NCBI RefSeq assembly: GCF_004010195.1
Contig: NC_057719.1
Coordinates: 74,287,063-74,344,693 of the forward strand
Reading direction: 5' to 3'
DNA length: 57,631 nt
From: Chiloscyllium plagiosum
Taxonomy: Eukaryota
The notes under the pieces were generated by a model. It saw only the letters and a list, made by a program, of their open reading frames with translations, searched no databases and was not told the DNA's origin. How positions within the stretch are numbered: position 1 is the first letter of the stretch; each line of letters starts with the position of its first letter. Position numbers and translations under genes: made by a program. This document shows positions 13,276 to 26,640 of the stretch, in pieces.

Positions 13276-16154
13276 TGAAGATGAAATCACGATCAGAACA
13301 GCCAAGTTATTATTAAATGGAGGAGCAAACTCAAAAAGGAAAGTGGCCTGTTCCTAATCCTAAACCTTAATTCTGTATGTTACTGAAAATCATTTACTTC
13401 TAAGATTTTGTTTTGTTTTATCATTTTCCTCCACACTGCACCTAAAGGTGTTGATGCAGGTTAGACTTTGACCAGAAGACATATGAGCAGAAATTCAGCC
13501 CATTGAGTCTGCTCCGTCATTCAATCAACGCTTATAGATTTTTCAACTCCATTTTCCCATTTTCATGTCATGGCTTCCAACTAAACATTCATTTTCTGTA
13601 ACCATAGACTAATTTGGTCATGTGCACTGAGTTGGGTGATGTGTAGAGAGTTCACAACTGAGCCTTATTTCGTCATTACTGTGCATAGTGCATTTCAAGC
13701 ACAGATTAAGCATTGCTGGATAAGAGTCATTGTCATCATGGTTTTTTTTTTCTGCGCTACCTCCCATATTCTATGGATGGTATTGCCCTTACTCTTCTCC
13801 AGTCTCAGCCATTGTCAGATGAAAGACATATATTTGTTTGAAGGTTCAGAGGAAAATTAGACCTTTATTTCTGAAATTGCTAGATTGGCTAAAATGTTCA
13901 AGAGTGAGACAGTTATTTTTTTTTGTTAGATAAGGGTTTTGAAGCAAGTTAATGATGGTTGAAGAGAGATTTACTTGTATGTAATATCATGAGGGCTCTA
14001 TGTTGACTGGACGGAAGTGACTTATTAGGAGAGGACAATAACTAGTATGCACAAAGTTATATGGCATGAGAACAGGCCATTTGAGCTTTCGCCCATCTTC
14101 TTTACCTGCCACTAGGTAAAGAAGAGTTTTCAGAATTCTCTATTGGATGTGTCGGTGATGATATATCAGAGGCCCCCAGAGGAAAGATTCTTTTTCACTC
14201 CACCCTTACCTAAACCTATCCCCCAATTATTTCTATTCAGCTCTCCCTACCACCATCACCACTCCCTCCACCCACCCTGAACCTGTTTAAACTTTTCAAA
14301 GAGGTAACTAATGTAGTGGACAATAGAATGCCTGAATTATTTTTCTATAGAGGTTCAGATGCCTATTTTAGCTAAAGTTGAGCCTCAAACTCAGAAGAAT
14401 CGGAAGCAAAAGCATGCCATTCATTCTTTGAGCTTGCTCTGACATTTGATAATATCTTGAAAGGTATGATTATGGCCTTAATTCCTGTCTGACAGTTTCC
14501 CTATCCAATAACCCTTGATTCCTGGGAACCATATGTTATGAAGATTACAGTAGAGGAAGGAGTGCATGGATTTACCAGAATAATACCTGACTGAAACAGT
14601 AAAGCTGTAAAATTACACAGACTATTGATTGCAATTTGGAAGGTTCTGGGGCTGATTTTATTTAAGCTTTCAGGATGATAGGGGAGACAGATAGTCATTG
14701 ATTCCAATAGCGGATTTATATCCAGTTTCAAAAAGGAACTTTCCAGGATTTGATAGGTGAACAGGGATGGGATTTCTAATGCCATAGAAAGACCTTTAAA
14801 GTAATTGAGGAGTGGGTGTGGAAGATTCAGGATAGGGGATATCTAGGCTTATGAAGCAAAAGGCAATAGCGGCATTGCAGGGCAGCCCCGTGTGGGACAG
14901 GAAAGGACAAAGTGTATAAACATTAAAAGTGGTCTTGTTTGTTTACAGGAGGCCAAGGTTCATGTCTCATCTGGTTCAGAAGTGTATAAAAATATCTTGG
15001 AACAGGTTATTGAGAAAATATCGATGAGCCATAAAAAAAATTTAAATTTGGGATACATGGTAAAAAGACAATATTAATGGCTCCTTACTTAAATGTGCTT
15101 TGTATTCAGAACAAAATAAATGAATTAATGGAACAAATAGAGAATGCTTGGAATGATCTTAGCCATTACAGAGATATGGTTACAAGAAGATCACATCTTG
15201 GACCTAAATATTTAGGGGTGTAAGACTTTTTGAAAGGACAGGTAGGAAGGCAAAGGTGATGAGGCAGCTTGCTAGTATAAGATGAGTAAAGTATGATAGC
15301 AAGAAATGACCTAAGATTAGATGATATAGAATCCGTATGGGTTGAGATAGGAAAATCAAGGAAAACATGACCCTGATGGGAGTAATCCAAATGCACCTAC
15401 CAGTAGCTTTTGTATAGTGTAGAGAATAAATCAGTAGATATTAAGGGCATAGAAAAAAGGCAGTATGTTAATCATGGGTGACACTTATTTTCATGTAGAT
15501 GGAGAAAATCAAATTGGCAGAGGTAGCCACAAGGATAAATTCATAAAGTGTATTCAAGAAAGTTTCCTGAAACAAAATGTTCTGCATCCAACCAGGGATC
15601 ATGCTATTTTGTATTTGGTAATTCATAATAAGTCAGGTAGAATAAACGAGGGAACAGGGACTGATGTTTAGACATTAGCATTCAGTTTGAGGAGGAGAAA
15701 AACTTTCAGAAACAATTGTGCTGACCTTAAATAAGGGTAAATGCATTGGGATGAGGGCAGAGTGGATTTGGAAAGGAGCTTAACAGAAAAGATAGTTAAG
15801 GAACAATGGCTGGAATTTAAGAACATAGTTTGTGACTCAGAAATAAAGATGTATCTCAGTGAGGATGAAGGATTCAAGGAAGAGGATAAACTGATAATGG
15901 TTAACCAAATAATTTAAGGATAATGTCAAAGTGAAAGAAAAATGACATAATGTGGCAAAGACCTGTGGTTACACAGAGGATTGGGAAAATTTTAAAAAAA
16001 CAGCAAAAGATGACAAAAAATGAAGCAATAAACTATAAGGACAAATTAGCAAGTACTATAAAAACAGTAAATTTATCTTAAAATATATTTTAAAAATGAG
16101 ATAGGCAAAAATGAAAATCACCTCCTGAGAGAACAAGGCTGGGGAATAAGACTG

Positions 16155-16500
16155 GTGAGAGAATGGTGGTATGATGGTATACTGTTAATCCAGAAACTTA
16201 GCTAACGTTCTCGGTATTCAGGTTCAAATCCTGGCATGGCAGATGGTGGAATTTGAATTCAGAAAAGAATTAAACATCTAATGATGACCATGAAACCATT
16301 GACGATATTCAAGAAAAACCCATCTGGATTCATTAATGTTCTTCAGAGAAGGAAATCTATCATCCTTAAGTAGTGACTCCAGACAAACAGCAATGTGGTT
16401 GACTCTTACTGACACAGACCCCCTCCCCTCTTGTGGGCAATTAAGGATGGGCAATAAATCTTGGCCTGGCCAGAGAACTCCACATCCCATGCGAATACAA
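16155..16500 (+). mobile_element. Second shark tRNA-like SINE family (also at ~25866)
   Basis: ctgttaatccaga...ggttcaaatcc...gcagatggtggaatttgaattc...gaccatgaaacc...cagcaatgtggttgact...gggcaataaat; similar copy at 25866-26125. Confidence 0.65.
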
Positions 16501-16744
16501 AAAAAAGATGGGAGCCTGGAAATGGCAGAGGAGTTGAATAAGTACTTTGCATCATTCTTCACAGGACAGAACACTAATAGCAGTCCTTAACTATTCAACA
16601 ATATAGGGGCTAAAGGAGAGGGAAATAAAGAATACCTATTAGGGCAACTAATGAGGCCAAAGACCAATAAGTCTCTGATAAATTTGATGCTCAAATTTTT
16701 AGGGAAATGGCTAGCAATAGTGATATTATTTTCTGGATAGTATT

Positions 16745-17395
16745 ATAGAACAGAGATACCTAGGGGTTCAGGTGCATATTTCTTTGAAATTTGTATCACA
16801 GATAATGTGGTTAAGAAGGTATTTAGCACACTTGCCTTCATTGTCCACACCTTTGAGTATAAGAGTTGGGACATCATGTTGAGGTTGTACAGGACATTGG
16901 TGAGGCCTATTCCGGAGTACTGCGTGCATTATTGGTCGTCCTGTTATAGAAGGATTGTTAAACTGGAGAGGATTCAGAAAAGATTTCCCAGGATGTTGCT
17001 GAGAATGGAGGGGTTGGACCAGAAGGGCTGGGACCTTTTTCACTGGAGTGTAGGGGATTGAGGGGTGACCTTTCTGAGGTGTATAAAGTTATGAGAGACA
17101 TAGATAAGGTGAATGATAAGGTTCTTTTTCTGAGGGTGGGGCAGTTCAAAACGAGGGGGCATATTTTAAGGTAAGAAGAGAAAGACTTTAAAAAGATTCA
17201 TGAGGTTCACACAGAGTGGTTGGTATGTGGAATGAACTGCCAGAGAAACATCTAAAAGACATTCAGATAAGACATGAACAGGAAAGGTTTGGAGGGATAT
17301 GAGCCAAGCACAGCAGGTGGGACTAGTTTAGTTTGGGAAAACAGTCAGTGTGGACTGGTCAGACTGAAGAATCTGTTTCCATGCTGTATGACTCC
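16745..17395 (+). mobile_element. CR1 3' fragment nested in the older CR1
   Basis: EYKSWDIMLRLYRTLVRPIPEYCVHYWS; 3'UTR tctgtttccatgctgtatgactc. Confidence 0.8.
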
Positions 17396-18981
17396 AATAA
17401 ACCTTAAGATTCAGGAAAAGTTTCAGCGGTTTTGAAAACTACCAATGAGAAATTATTAGGCTCCATTATAAAGGATATAATAGATCATAATAAAGAAGAG
17501 TTGGATGTTTTTATGAAGGGGAAGTCATGGCTGACGGTTATGACAGTTGTTTTGAGAAGGTAACATGCAGGATAGGTAAAAGGGAACCAGTGGATGCAAT
17601 GTATTTGGATTTCAAAAAGGCATTCATGAGGGTATTGAACATAAGGCTAAGAGCTCATGATGTTAGTGGTGGTATACCGGCACAGATAGAGAATTGGTTA
17701 ACTAATTGAAGGTAGTGAGTTGGGATAAAGGAGTCAATTTCAGGATGGTAACTTGTGGCGTGGGGGCACAATTATTTATAACATCTATTAATGACTTGCA
17801 TGGTGGAAATGAACATAATTTTGCCAAGTTCGCAGATTACACAAAAATAGATGGGAAGGAAGTGATGGGGATGACATATGAGTCTACAGAGCAATATAGA
17901 CAGACTGAGTGTGTGGGCAAAACCTCAGCAGATGGAACATAATGTGAGAAAATGAGGTTTGATACTTCAGCAGCAAGAATAGAAGCTATTTAAATGGGTG
18001 AAGACTACAGCACAGAGAGGTTCTCATGCATGAACCATAGAAAATCTAGCATCTAACTTCAGTAGGTAATAGGGAAGGCAAATTGACTGTAACATTTATT
18101 TAAAAGAGAATGGAATATAAAATTAAGGAGGTCTTGCTAAAACAATACAAAGCTCTCAACAGACCACACTGAATACTGTGAATATTTTTGGTCTCCTTGA
18201 CTTAAGGAAAATAAACTGGCAGTTGAGGGAGCATGTCCACTCAGCTGATACTTGATGTAGAGGGATTTTCTTGAGAGGTTAAAATGAGCAGGTTGGGCTT
18301 TTACTCATTTAGAAGAATGAGAGGCAATCTTATTGACACATGCACGATGAGGGGACTTTATACACCGATACAGAAAGGTTGCACTCCCCTGTTGGAAAGA
18401 CCAGAGGGCACAAACTCGGGGTGCACATTTAAGACAGAGATAAGGAAGAATGTCATATCTCTGAAGCTAGGAAATCTGCAGAAGTCTTTAACCTCCAAGG
18501 GCTATCTAGGCTGGGTCATTAAGGGCTGAGATAGATGTCTAATCAGTATGGGAATCAAGGATGATGGGGAAAAGGAAGGCAAGTGAAGCTGATGGTAATC
18601 AGATCAGCAACACTATAATTGGATAGTTCACCAGCTCTTACGGAGTGGACAGGTGGGAGGGACATTCAAATAATATTGACAAGCCGTTTGAGGGGCAAAC
18701 ACGCGGGAAGTCCATAATCCTGTTGAAGTAGCAATCAGTGTCTGGCATGTAGCTCTGATCTTATGATCTCAACATATGTGTTTGTGTAAAATGTAAATGG
18801 AAAAGCGGTCTGCTCTGTGTGATGATTCAGATAGTTACTATTTGCTGAATTCCCAATTACAAACTCGCATCACTGTGTTCACCTGGGCAACAGGTTTGGG
18901 TGGTCAATATTCACATTTCCCAGCGAGGGTACGGGAAAACCAATTCCAGCTCCACAACCCTCCCAAAGCCACGCATTGGCA

Positions 18982-19546
18982 ATGCTGCCGCTGGTTTCCA
19001 GCTACCTCCGCCAGGCTGTATCTCTGTCCCTGTATCCCCGGGCCGGGCTCCCGCTCCCCCTGTATCCCCGGGCCGCTATGTCCGTCTCCATCCAGCTCCA
19101 GCCCAGCCCCCGGTGCCTGTTCGATGAGCCGCTCGAGGTGAGAGTGAGCGGCCTCTCCCCGCTCCAACAGGTCACCCTCAAGGCTTGGCTCCGCGACGAG
19201 AAGGAGCAGCTTTTCCATTCGGCCGCTTTCTACACGGCGGACCCCCGCGGGCAGCTCGACCTGGCTCACTCCCCCTCCCTGGGGGGACACTACACCGGCG
19301 TCCAGCCCATGGGCCTCTTCTGGTCGCTCAGCCCCGTCACTCCGTTCACTCGCCTGGTCAAGAGGGACGTCGCCACTTCTCCCCTGTCCGTCCACATCGA
19401 GATCTTTGAGGGACACTGGAGCCTCGGGCAGCTCCCAGCGCAGCCTCTGGCCACCGCCATCAATCAGCGCTGGTTCATGAAGGAAGGGCTGCTCAGGATC
19501 CCAGTCAGAGAAGGCAGGATCCGAGGGACACTCTTCATCCCACCCG
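18982..19546 (+). CDS. Acyl-CoA thioesterase (type I, ACOT1/ACOT2-like) gene B, exon 1; alternative in-frame ATG at 19078
   Basis: MSVSIQLQPSPRCLFDEPLEVRVSGLSPLQQVTL...YTADPRGQLDLAHSPSLGGHYTGVQPMGLFWSL...IPVREGRIRGTLFIPP; phase-1 donor G|GTGAGA at 19546/7; locally CpG-rich. Confidence 0.92.
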
Positions 19547-20104
19547 GTGAGACCTGACTTCCAATTAGACACATCAACTTTGCTCAAAAACAAAATTAGA
19601 AAGAGCGGCCAGTGACCCGGCAGTTCTGAAGGCGTGTTGAGAGAAACCGAGTGAACGTTTTGAGCTCTCCACAAAGCTCCTCTGAATTCTTCAAAGCTGG
19701 AGAAGAGCCATCCAATTCACTCTGTTTCCCTCTCCACAAGGAGCTGCCAAACCTGCTGTGTTTCCAGCACTTTGTGCTTATTTCACATTTCACAGTATGT
19801 TGCTTTTTAACTTTACTCTGTTAGCCCTCGCACTGGACATCACCTCAACATCTAATGCTCAAATTGTCATTCAAAATAATAATAGGAAGGGTTAGATGAA
19901 TATGGGCCAAATGCTGGCAAATGGGACAAATTAGTTTAGGATATCTGGTCAGCATATGATACTCTGTGGTTGTGCTCTCTGTTATAAACCAGTGCCTTTA
20001 AACTAATATGACATTACAAATTACTTTTAATTTGACAATAAAGAATATATATTTTAAGACCACACAATTCGGAATTATATTGTAGTATTCTTTTGTTTTC
20101 ACGA

Positions 20105-20250
20105 ACAAAAGCAGAAATTGCTGGAAAATCTCAGCAGGTCTGGCAGCATCTGTGGGATGAAATCAGTGAACATTTACGGTCCAGCGACCCTTCCTCAGAA
20201 CTGAAGACGTTCGATTTCGGATTTCCAGCATCCACGCTTCTTTCGGTGTT
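20105..20250 (-). mobile_element. Penelope terminal-repeat-derived fragment with decayed hammerhead core
   Basis: gaaattgctggaaaatctcagcaggtctggcagcatctg; minus strand CTGAGGA-agggtcgctggacc-GTAAATGTTC. Similar pieces at ~19640-19790, 33005-33105, 33975-34090, 51890-52007, 55480-55550. Confidence 0.55.
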
Positions 20251-21739
20251 TTTTTCCCCCATTATGTTCACATTTAAGAATACCGATTTCAATATCCTCC
20301 CACACAGCAAAGTTGTATGAGTAATCACTTCTGCAATGGAAACCGTCTGGAAATTGTGCAACCCATCAGTTTTAGTAAAGGTGTTCAAACATCTAATTCC
20401 CATTCACCACTATTTATACCCGGAGCCTAGCTTGAGTTTAGATCCAAGTGAAGAATGCCTACTAAGAATTATTTTGTCTGCAGTGAAACCTTTCATCTCA
20501 AAGCAAGTTACTTTCTTGGAAAAATCTTAATTAATTAGGATATCTGATCAGCGTGGGTGAGTTGGACTGAAGGGTCTGTTTCCATGCTGTACAACTCTGA
20601 CTCTATAGCTATATACATACCACATTGTTTTGCATTGCTGTTATGAATTCTCACAGTTTAAAACACAACTTTAACATGCTTCCCCACAAGACAAAACCAA
20701 TTTAAACCTAAAGCAAAACACTCTGGATGCTGAAATCTGAAATAGTAAATGTCAGATCAATCCACTGTTTGCTACTCTTTGTTTATGAAGTGGAGAATTA
20801 CTTATCCAGTAGTTATCAAAAATAATAATTGTTCTCTAGTGTATTTTCTTGTAACATCCCCCTCTTTTACTAGCTCACTGGCCCTAGCATCCTTTACATT
20901 TTCTGTACACCTCCATCCACAAACTTTTATCTTTCTCTACTTCTGTTCTATTTCCCCTTGCCCTGTCTGAGATTATGTTATTCATGAGACCCACATCCCA
21001 CGCTCTCATCCCTATTCCCTCAATAACTAGCAATCCCTCCCGGCTCCCATGTTGGCTGATATAATTAACCATTATCCTCCTTTGGGTTCTGTTGTCAAAC
21101 CTGCAGTCGTCACCGTCCTCAACCCTGCACTGGTTCCCTGCAACTCTGATAATTACTTGCCCAATCCAAACTCTCCTTCCTCATCAAAGTCCTTGGATGT
21201 GCTATTGCCTTCTGATCTATGTCTATTTTCCCAGGCCTCAATGCTTGATTTTCACCCAGTCTGGTTTCCATTCTTGCCACAGTGATGGAACAGCAAATCA
21301 CATCCTCTCTGACTGTGACAAAACTTCCCTTCCTCACCTATCTCAACTAACCTTTGACATGATTGACTACACCATACTCCACCACTACCCCTCTATCTTT
21401 GTCCGTTTGGATGAGACAGTTGTCACCTCCTTCCTTTCTTATCTATTCAGTCATAATTAGAGAATCGCCATCAATTTCTTCCCATTCATGCACTGTCACT
21501 TTTTCTATGCTCCAGACAGCTATCCTCAGCTCTTACAATTTCTCATCTATGTGCTGCCCGCAATCATGTTATATGAAATCACATTAATACTGAATTATAG
21601 TGATTAATACCTAATTTTGCCTCGTTATTATCTCTCTCTGTCTCCTCATTGCTTCTACATAGTCAGACTATCTTGACTAGCATCCCCAGATTTTTATTAG
21701 GATGGACAAGAATGTCCTCTGCTCTAATATTTGGAATGA

Positions 21740-21912
21740 TGCAGAAGTGCCAGTGTTGGACTGGGATGGACAAAGTCAGAAGTAACATGAACACCAGGTT
21801 ATAGTCCAACAGGTTTATTTGAAATCACAAGCTTTTGGAGCAAAGGCCCTTCATCAGGTGAAGTGGCGGCATGAGTGTTGGACTATAACCTGGTGACATG
21901 TGACTTCTGACT
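21740..21912. mobile_element. Partial fold-back Penelope-derived element (family of 39038)
   Basis: caccaggttatagtccaaca and its reverse complement tgttggactataacctggtg; cccttcatcaggtg hammerhead remnant. Confidence 0.7.
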
Positions 21913-22350
21913 CAATAGGTTGAAGCCATTGTCTTCAGTCCCACCTAAAACATCTGTCCCTCTTCATGGTGATTGCATGAGGTTGAATCAGACTATTTGT
22001 AACCTCTGTGGTATATTTGACCCTGAGATGAATTTCTGACCACAAATCTGTTCTATCACAAAGACTGTATATCTCTTTCTGCATAACATTGCCAAATTCC
22101 ACCCTTGCCTCAGCTCATCTGCTGCTGAAGTCCTCATTTGTGCCTTGCTGCTGTCAGGATTGACTACTACAGTGCACTCCTGGATGGTCTCCCAAACTCC
22201 AGAATCCATGAACTTGATGTCACCCAAACCTCTACTGCAATCTAACCACACCAACACTTAATAACCCTGAGTTTATGGACCAGAACTGGCTTCGAGTTAA
22301 GTATTTAAAATTCTCATCCTATTTGTCAAATCCCTCCATAGCCTGACTAT

Positions 22351-23121
22351 TCATAGAGATATACAGCACGGAAACAGACACTTCGGTCCAACTCATCCAT
22401 GCCGACCAGACGTCCCAACCCAATCTAGTCCCCCCTGCCAACACACAGCCCATGTCCTTTTAAACCCTTCTTATTCATATTCCCATCCAGATGCCTTTTA
22501 AATGTTTCAATTGTACTAGCCTCCACCACTTCCTCTGGCAGCTCATTCCATACATGTACCACCCTCTGTGTGAAAAGGTTGCCCCTTAGGTCACTTTTAT
22601 ATCTTTCCCCTCTCACCTAAACCTACGCCCTCTAGTTCTGGACTCCCCCACCCCAGGGAAGAGACTTTGTCTATTTATTGTATCCTTGCCCTTCATAATT
22701 TTGTAAATTTCTATAAGGTCACCCCTCAGCTTCCGATGCTCCAGGGAAAACAGCCCCAGCCTGTTCAGCCTCTCCCTATAGCTCAAATCCTCCAACCCTG
22801 GCAATATCCTTGTAAATCTTTTCTGACTCCTTTCAAGTTTCACAACATCTTTCCAATAGGAAGGAGACCAGAATTGCACGCAATATTCCAAAAGTGGTCT
22901 AACCAATGTCCTGTACAGCCGCAACATGACCTCCCAACTCCTGTACTCAGTACTCTGATCAATAAAGGAAAGCATACCAAATGCCGCCTTCACTATCCTA
23001 TCTACCTGCAACTCCACTTTCAAAGAGTTATGAACCTGCACATCAAGGTCGCTTTGTTCAGCAACACTCCCTGGACCTTGCCATTAAGTGTATAAATCCT
23101 GCTAAGATTTGCTTTCCCCAA
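22351..23121 (-). mobile_element. Young CR1 3' fragment
   Basis: 142-aa ORF 22613-23041 (LVRPLLEYCVQFWSP...RGDLIEIYKIM) plus 3'UTR. Confidence 0.92.
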
Positions 23122-23519
23122 AGGTACTCCCTATCTCTGTTATCTGCAATAATCAGCAATCGTCTAATTCTGGTCTCTTGGATATCTCTGAACCTTCAGC
23201 TTCTGAGACCTTGATTAACCCAACTCCTTTGTTCAACATTTCTCCACCTCTCTATCCCACTTTCCTCCTTCAAGGTGCTCTGTTTCTTCAAGAGATTGTC
23301 TTTAACATGTGCCACTTGCTCTAATACCTCCGTATAATGCCTCTGTAAATTATCATGGGCCATTTTAGTCTGTTAAACACACTATATAAATACTAGTTGT
23401 TGACTCTGAAGTAGTTGATTACTTCATTGAATGTGAAGCCTTGCCCTTTGAGTCCTATTTCTGAAATGTTTAAGACTCTGGACTCATCCATATCTGTGGC
23501 AATAAAATAACTTACATTT

Positions 23520-24815
23520 ACATAAGAACTAGGAGCAGGGGTAGGCCATCTGGCCCTTCAAGCCTACTTCACCATTCAATAAGATTATGGCTGATCTTTT
23601 CATGGCCCCAGCTCCACTTACCCACCCTCTCACTGTAACCCTTAATTCCTTCATTGTTCAAAAAAAAAATCTTAGCTTTAAAAACATTTACTAAAATAGC
23701 ATCAACTACTTCACCAGGCATTCCATAGATTCTCAACCCACTGGGTAAAGAAGTTCCTTCTCAATTCTGTCCTAAATCTGCTCCCCCTAATTTTGAGGCT
23801 ATGCCCTCTTGTCTTTGTTTCACCTGCTAGTGGAAACATCCTCTCCACTTCTATCTTATCTATTCCCTTCATAATTTTGTTTCCATAAGAACCCCCACCG
23901 CCCCCCCCCCCCCGCCCGCCAACATTCTTCCAAATTCCAATGACACTAATCCCAGTCTACTCAGTGTCTCTCCATAAACCAACCCCCTCAACTCTGGAAT
24001 CAACCTAGTGAATCTCCTCCAGACCCCCTCCAGTGTCACTACATCGTTTTTCAAGTAAGGAGACCAAAACTGCCAGTACTCCATGTATGGCCTCACCAGC
24101 ACCCTATATTGGTGCAACATAACCTTCCTGCTTTTAAACTCAGTTCCTTTAGCAATAAAGGACAAAATTCCATTTGCCTTCCAGGTCACCGGTTGTACCT
24201 GCAGACCAACCTTCTGTAACCTCCTCCAGTCTGGGAGGGAGTGAGCGAGCAACCAACGTTCTGTGATTCATGCACAAGGACATCCAGGTCCCTCTGCATT
24301 GCAGCATGTTACAACTTGTTTTCATTCAAGTAATAGTCCTTTTTACGGTGACTTCTACCAAAATAGATGACTTCACATTTATTAACATTGTATTCCATCT
24401 GCAAGACCTTTGTCCACTCAAAGTATCTATGTGCCTCCGCAAAGTTTCATAATCCTCTGCACAATTTGCTCTGCTACTCATCTTAGTGTCATCTGCAAAC
24501 TTTGATACCCTATACATGGTCCCCAACTCCAAATCATGTGTCAGTTGTGAATAATTGCAGTCCCAACACTGATCCCTGAGGCACTCCACTACTTCCTGAT
24601 TGCCAACCAGAATAGCACTCATTTATCCCCACTCTTTGCTTCCTGTTAGTCAACCAATCCTTGATCCGTGCTAATACTTTACCCATATTGCCATGCATCT
24701 TTATCTTATGCAGCAGCCTCTTGTGCAGCACCTTGTCGAAGGTCTTTTGAAATTCTAGGTACACCACATCCATTGGGTCCCCGTTGTCCACTGTGCTTAT
24801 AATGTCTTCATAGAA
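23520..24815 (-). mobile_element. CR1 RT fragment with 3'UTR
   Basis: [32 protein letters not shown]. Confidence 0.88.
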
Positions 24816-25865
24816 TTACAAACATTCTATTTATAGACCTCCAGTCACAAAATTATGACATTCCAAAGGACGTTTGCCCCCACCAAGCTCCCATGTGCCA
24901 CTAGCATTGAGATAGTCAGGTAATTTGACTTTTCGAAGGATAAATAAGATACCAGTTCAACCTGTTGGATAGATAACTAACATTATAGTTCAGAAAAATA
25001 CCTAGAACATGGGTGTCATTCCAATTTTGTTGAGGTACATTTGGAACCTGCTTCCTCCCCCTGTTGAGAATTGAAGGCAATGACAAACCACGACTGACAA
25101 AACCTGCTGAGGAATCAGCTCATGATGAAGCTGAAGCAGCAGCAGCAGACAATAAACCAAACAACCTAACTTCAGGCAGAGTATACTTGAATGTACTGAC
25201 AGGTGAATGTTGATCAGGACATTAGGAAGAATTATTCTTCTCTAAATGAGTGCCATGAAATGCACATAATGGGTAAACAGAGACTTGATGTAAATTTTAA
25301 TTTGAAAAACCAAACCCTAACATTGCAGCATTTCATCAATACTACACCAAGTGTATCAACTAGGATTTTGTGGTCAAGACACTGTGTGGAGTTTGATCCC
25401 CACATCCTTCGAGCACGACCACTACTTGCAGCAGATGTTGGGATTGAAAGGTGGCTAGTGGCTTCTGACTCTTTGGAAGCAATGATAATTATTGCTTGTT
25501 GCTATTGCTAACACAGCCATTAACATCTCCACGAGGACAGCAAATGTCTAATGCACTAATCCGTCAAAACACTGGTTGGAAACCAAGGAGATAATGAAGT
25601 GGGCACAACATACTCCTACTTTAAAAATAAATCCTCATCCATTTGGCTAGATGCTATGTTACAATTAATAAGTTACCTCTTCCAGATATACCACTCTAAT
25701 TAAACAAAAGTACACTTGAATCTATTAAAACGAGTTTCACCAGAATGTTGTTGCTAGGTTGTTGCTTTCAATGTAATATTTTCAGTCCCTTATTCACCAT
25801 GGGAACAGTTTCCCTCTGATAGTTACTCCACACTGTAAAATCTGACAATGCACTCAAAAGATGTG

Positions 25866-26640
25866 GGAGGCAATGATGTAGTAATCCTGAGAACCGGGAA
25901 AGTTCTGGGGATGTGAGTTGAAATGCACCATTGCAGATGGTAGAATTTGAATTTACTGAATAAATCTGGAATTAAAAGCTAGTTTGATGGGGACCATGAA
26001 ATGGTTGTCATTAAAAATCCATATGGTTCTCTAATACTCTTTAGGGAAGGGAAAACCACCATCTCCACCTGATCTGGCTGACATCTGACTACAGATTCAC
26101 AGCAATATGGTTGACTTTTAACTGAGTAAGACACTGCCAAACTTCTGATGAAAGGAATGAAGCTAGGTGGGCCATTCAGTGTTGACTGTGACACCAGCAA
26201 TGTCCCTGTCACCTTCCAATCTGCCGTTGTTGCATCCCTAAATTTGAGTTGTCCCACAGATTAGTCAACCGACAGTTTCACATATTCATCCTCAGTAAAT
26301 CATTCCTGACGGACAATATCCCATACACAGCCAACCCCATGTCCCAGTGACAGGGCAGGTCCACCAGAAGTTGAGGCATAGTGAAATACAGGCAGAGGGA
26401 AGTTGTTGTAGGAGTCCTTAACATTGCCTCTAGAACCAATAAATTGTCATGACATTTGGTCAAACATGGAAAAGGAAACCTCTTACTGATTACCATCTAG
26501 TGTCTCCTTTCAGCTGATGAACCTGTTCTCCATGTTGAACAATTTTTGGAGGCACTAAGGGTGTCACAGGCATAGAATGGACTATGGATGTGGACTTCAA
26601 CATCCATCACCAAAGTTGACTCAGAATCTCCAGTACTCCA
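25866..26640 (+). mobile_element. tRNA-like SINE copy followed by a decayed LINE APE-endonuclease fragment (~26225-26640)
   Basis: SINE similar to 16155; downstream sequence translates in pieces as VKHGKGNLLLITI and a DFNIHHQ-like APE motif. Confidence 0.5.

Larger units (their letters stand above)
15075..18610 (+). mobile_element. Long old CR1 ORF2 (EN+RT) remnant carrying nested insertions
   Basis: Endonuclease-like LIMGDTYF, RT pieces VDAMYLDFKKAF and AKFADYTKI; heavily decayed. Confidence 0.7.
20900..23400 (+). mobile_element. Degenerate L2 LINE hosting later insertions
   Basis: L2 RT-like segments (cctttgacatgattgactacaccatactcc; cctcagctcatctgctgctgaagtcctcatt...gactac) and L2-like 3' end near 23340-23400. 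Confidence 0.55.

Noticed and set aside
18860..18920. PPAR/HNF4 DR1 element upstream of gene B
   Set aside because: Only isolated imperfect half-sites; no convincing AGGTCA-n-AGGTCA.
18904..19674. 256-aa minus-strand ORF
   Set aside because: Antisense shadow of gene B exon 1.
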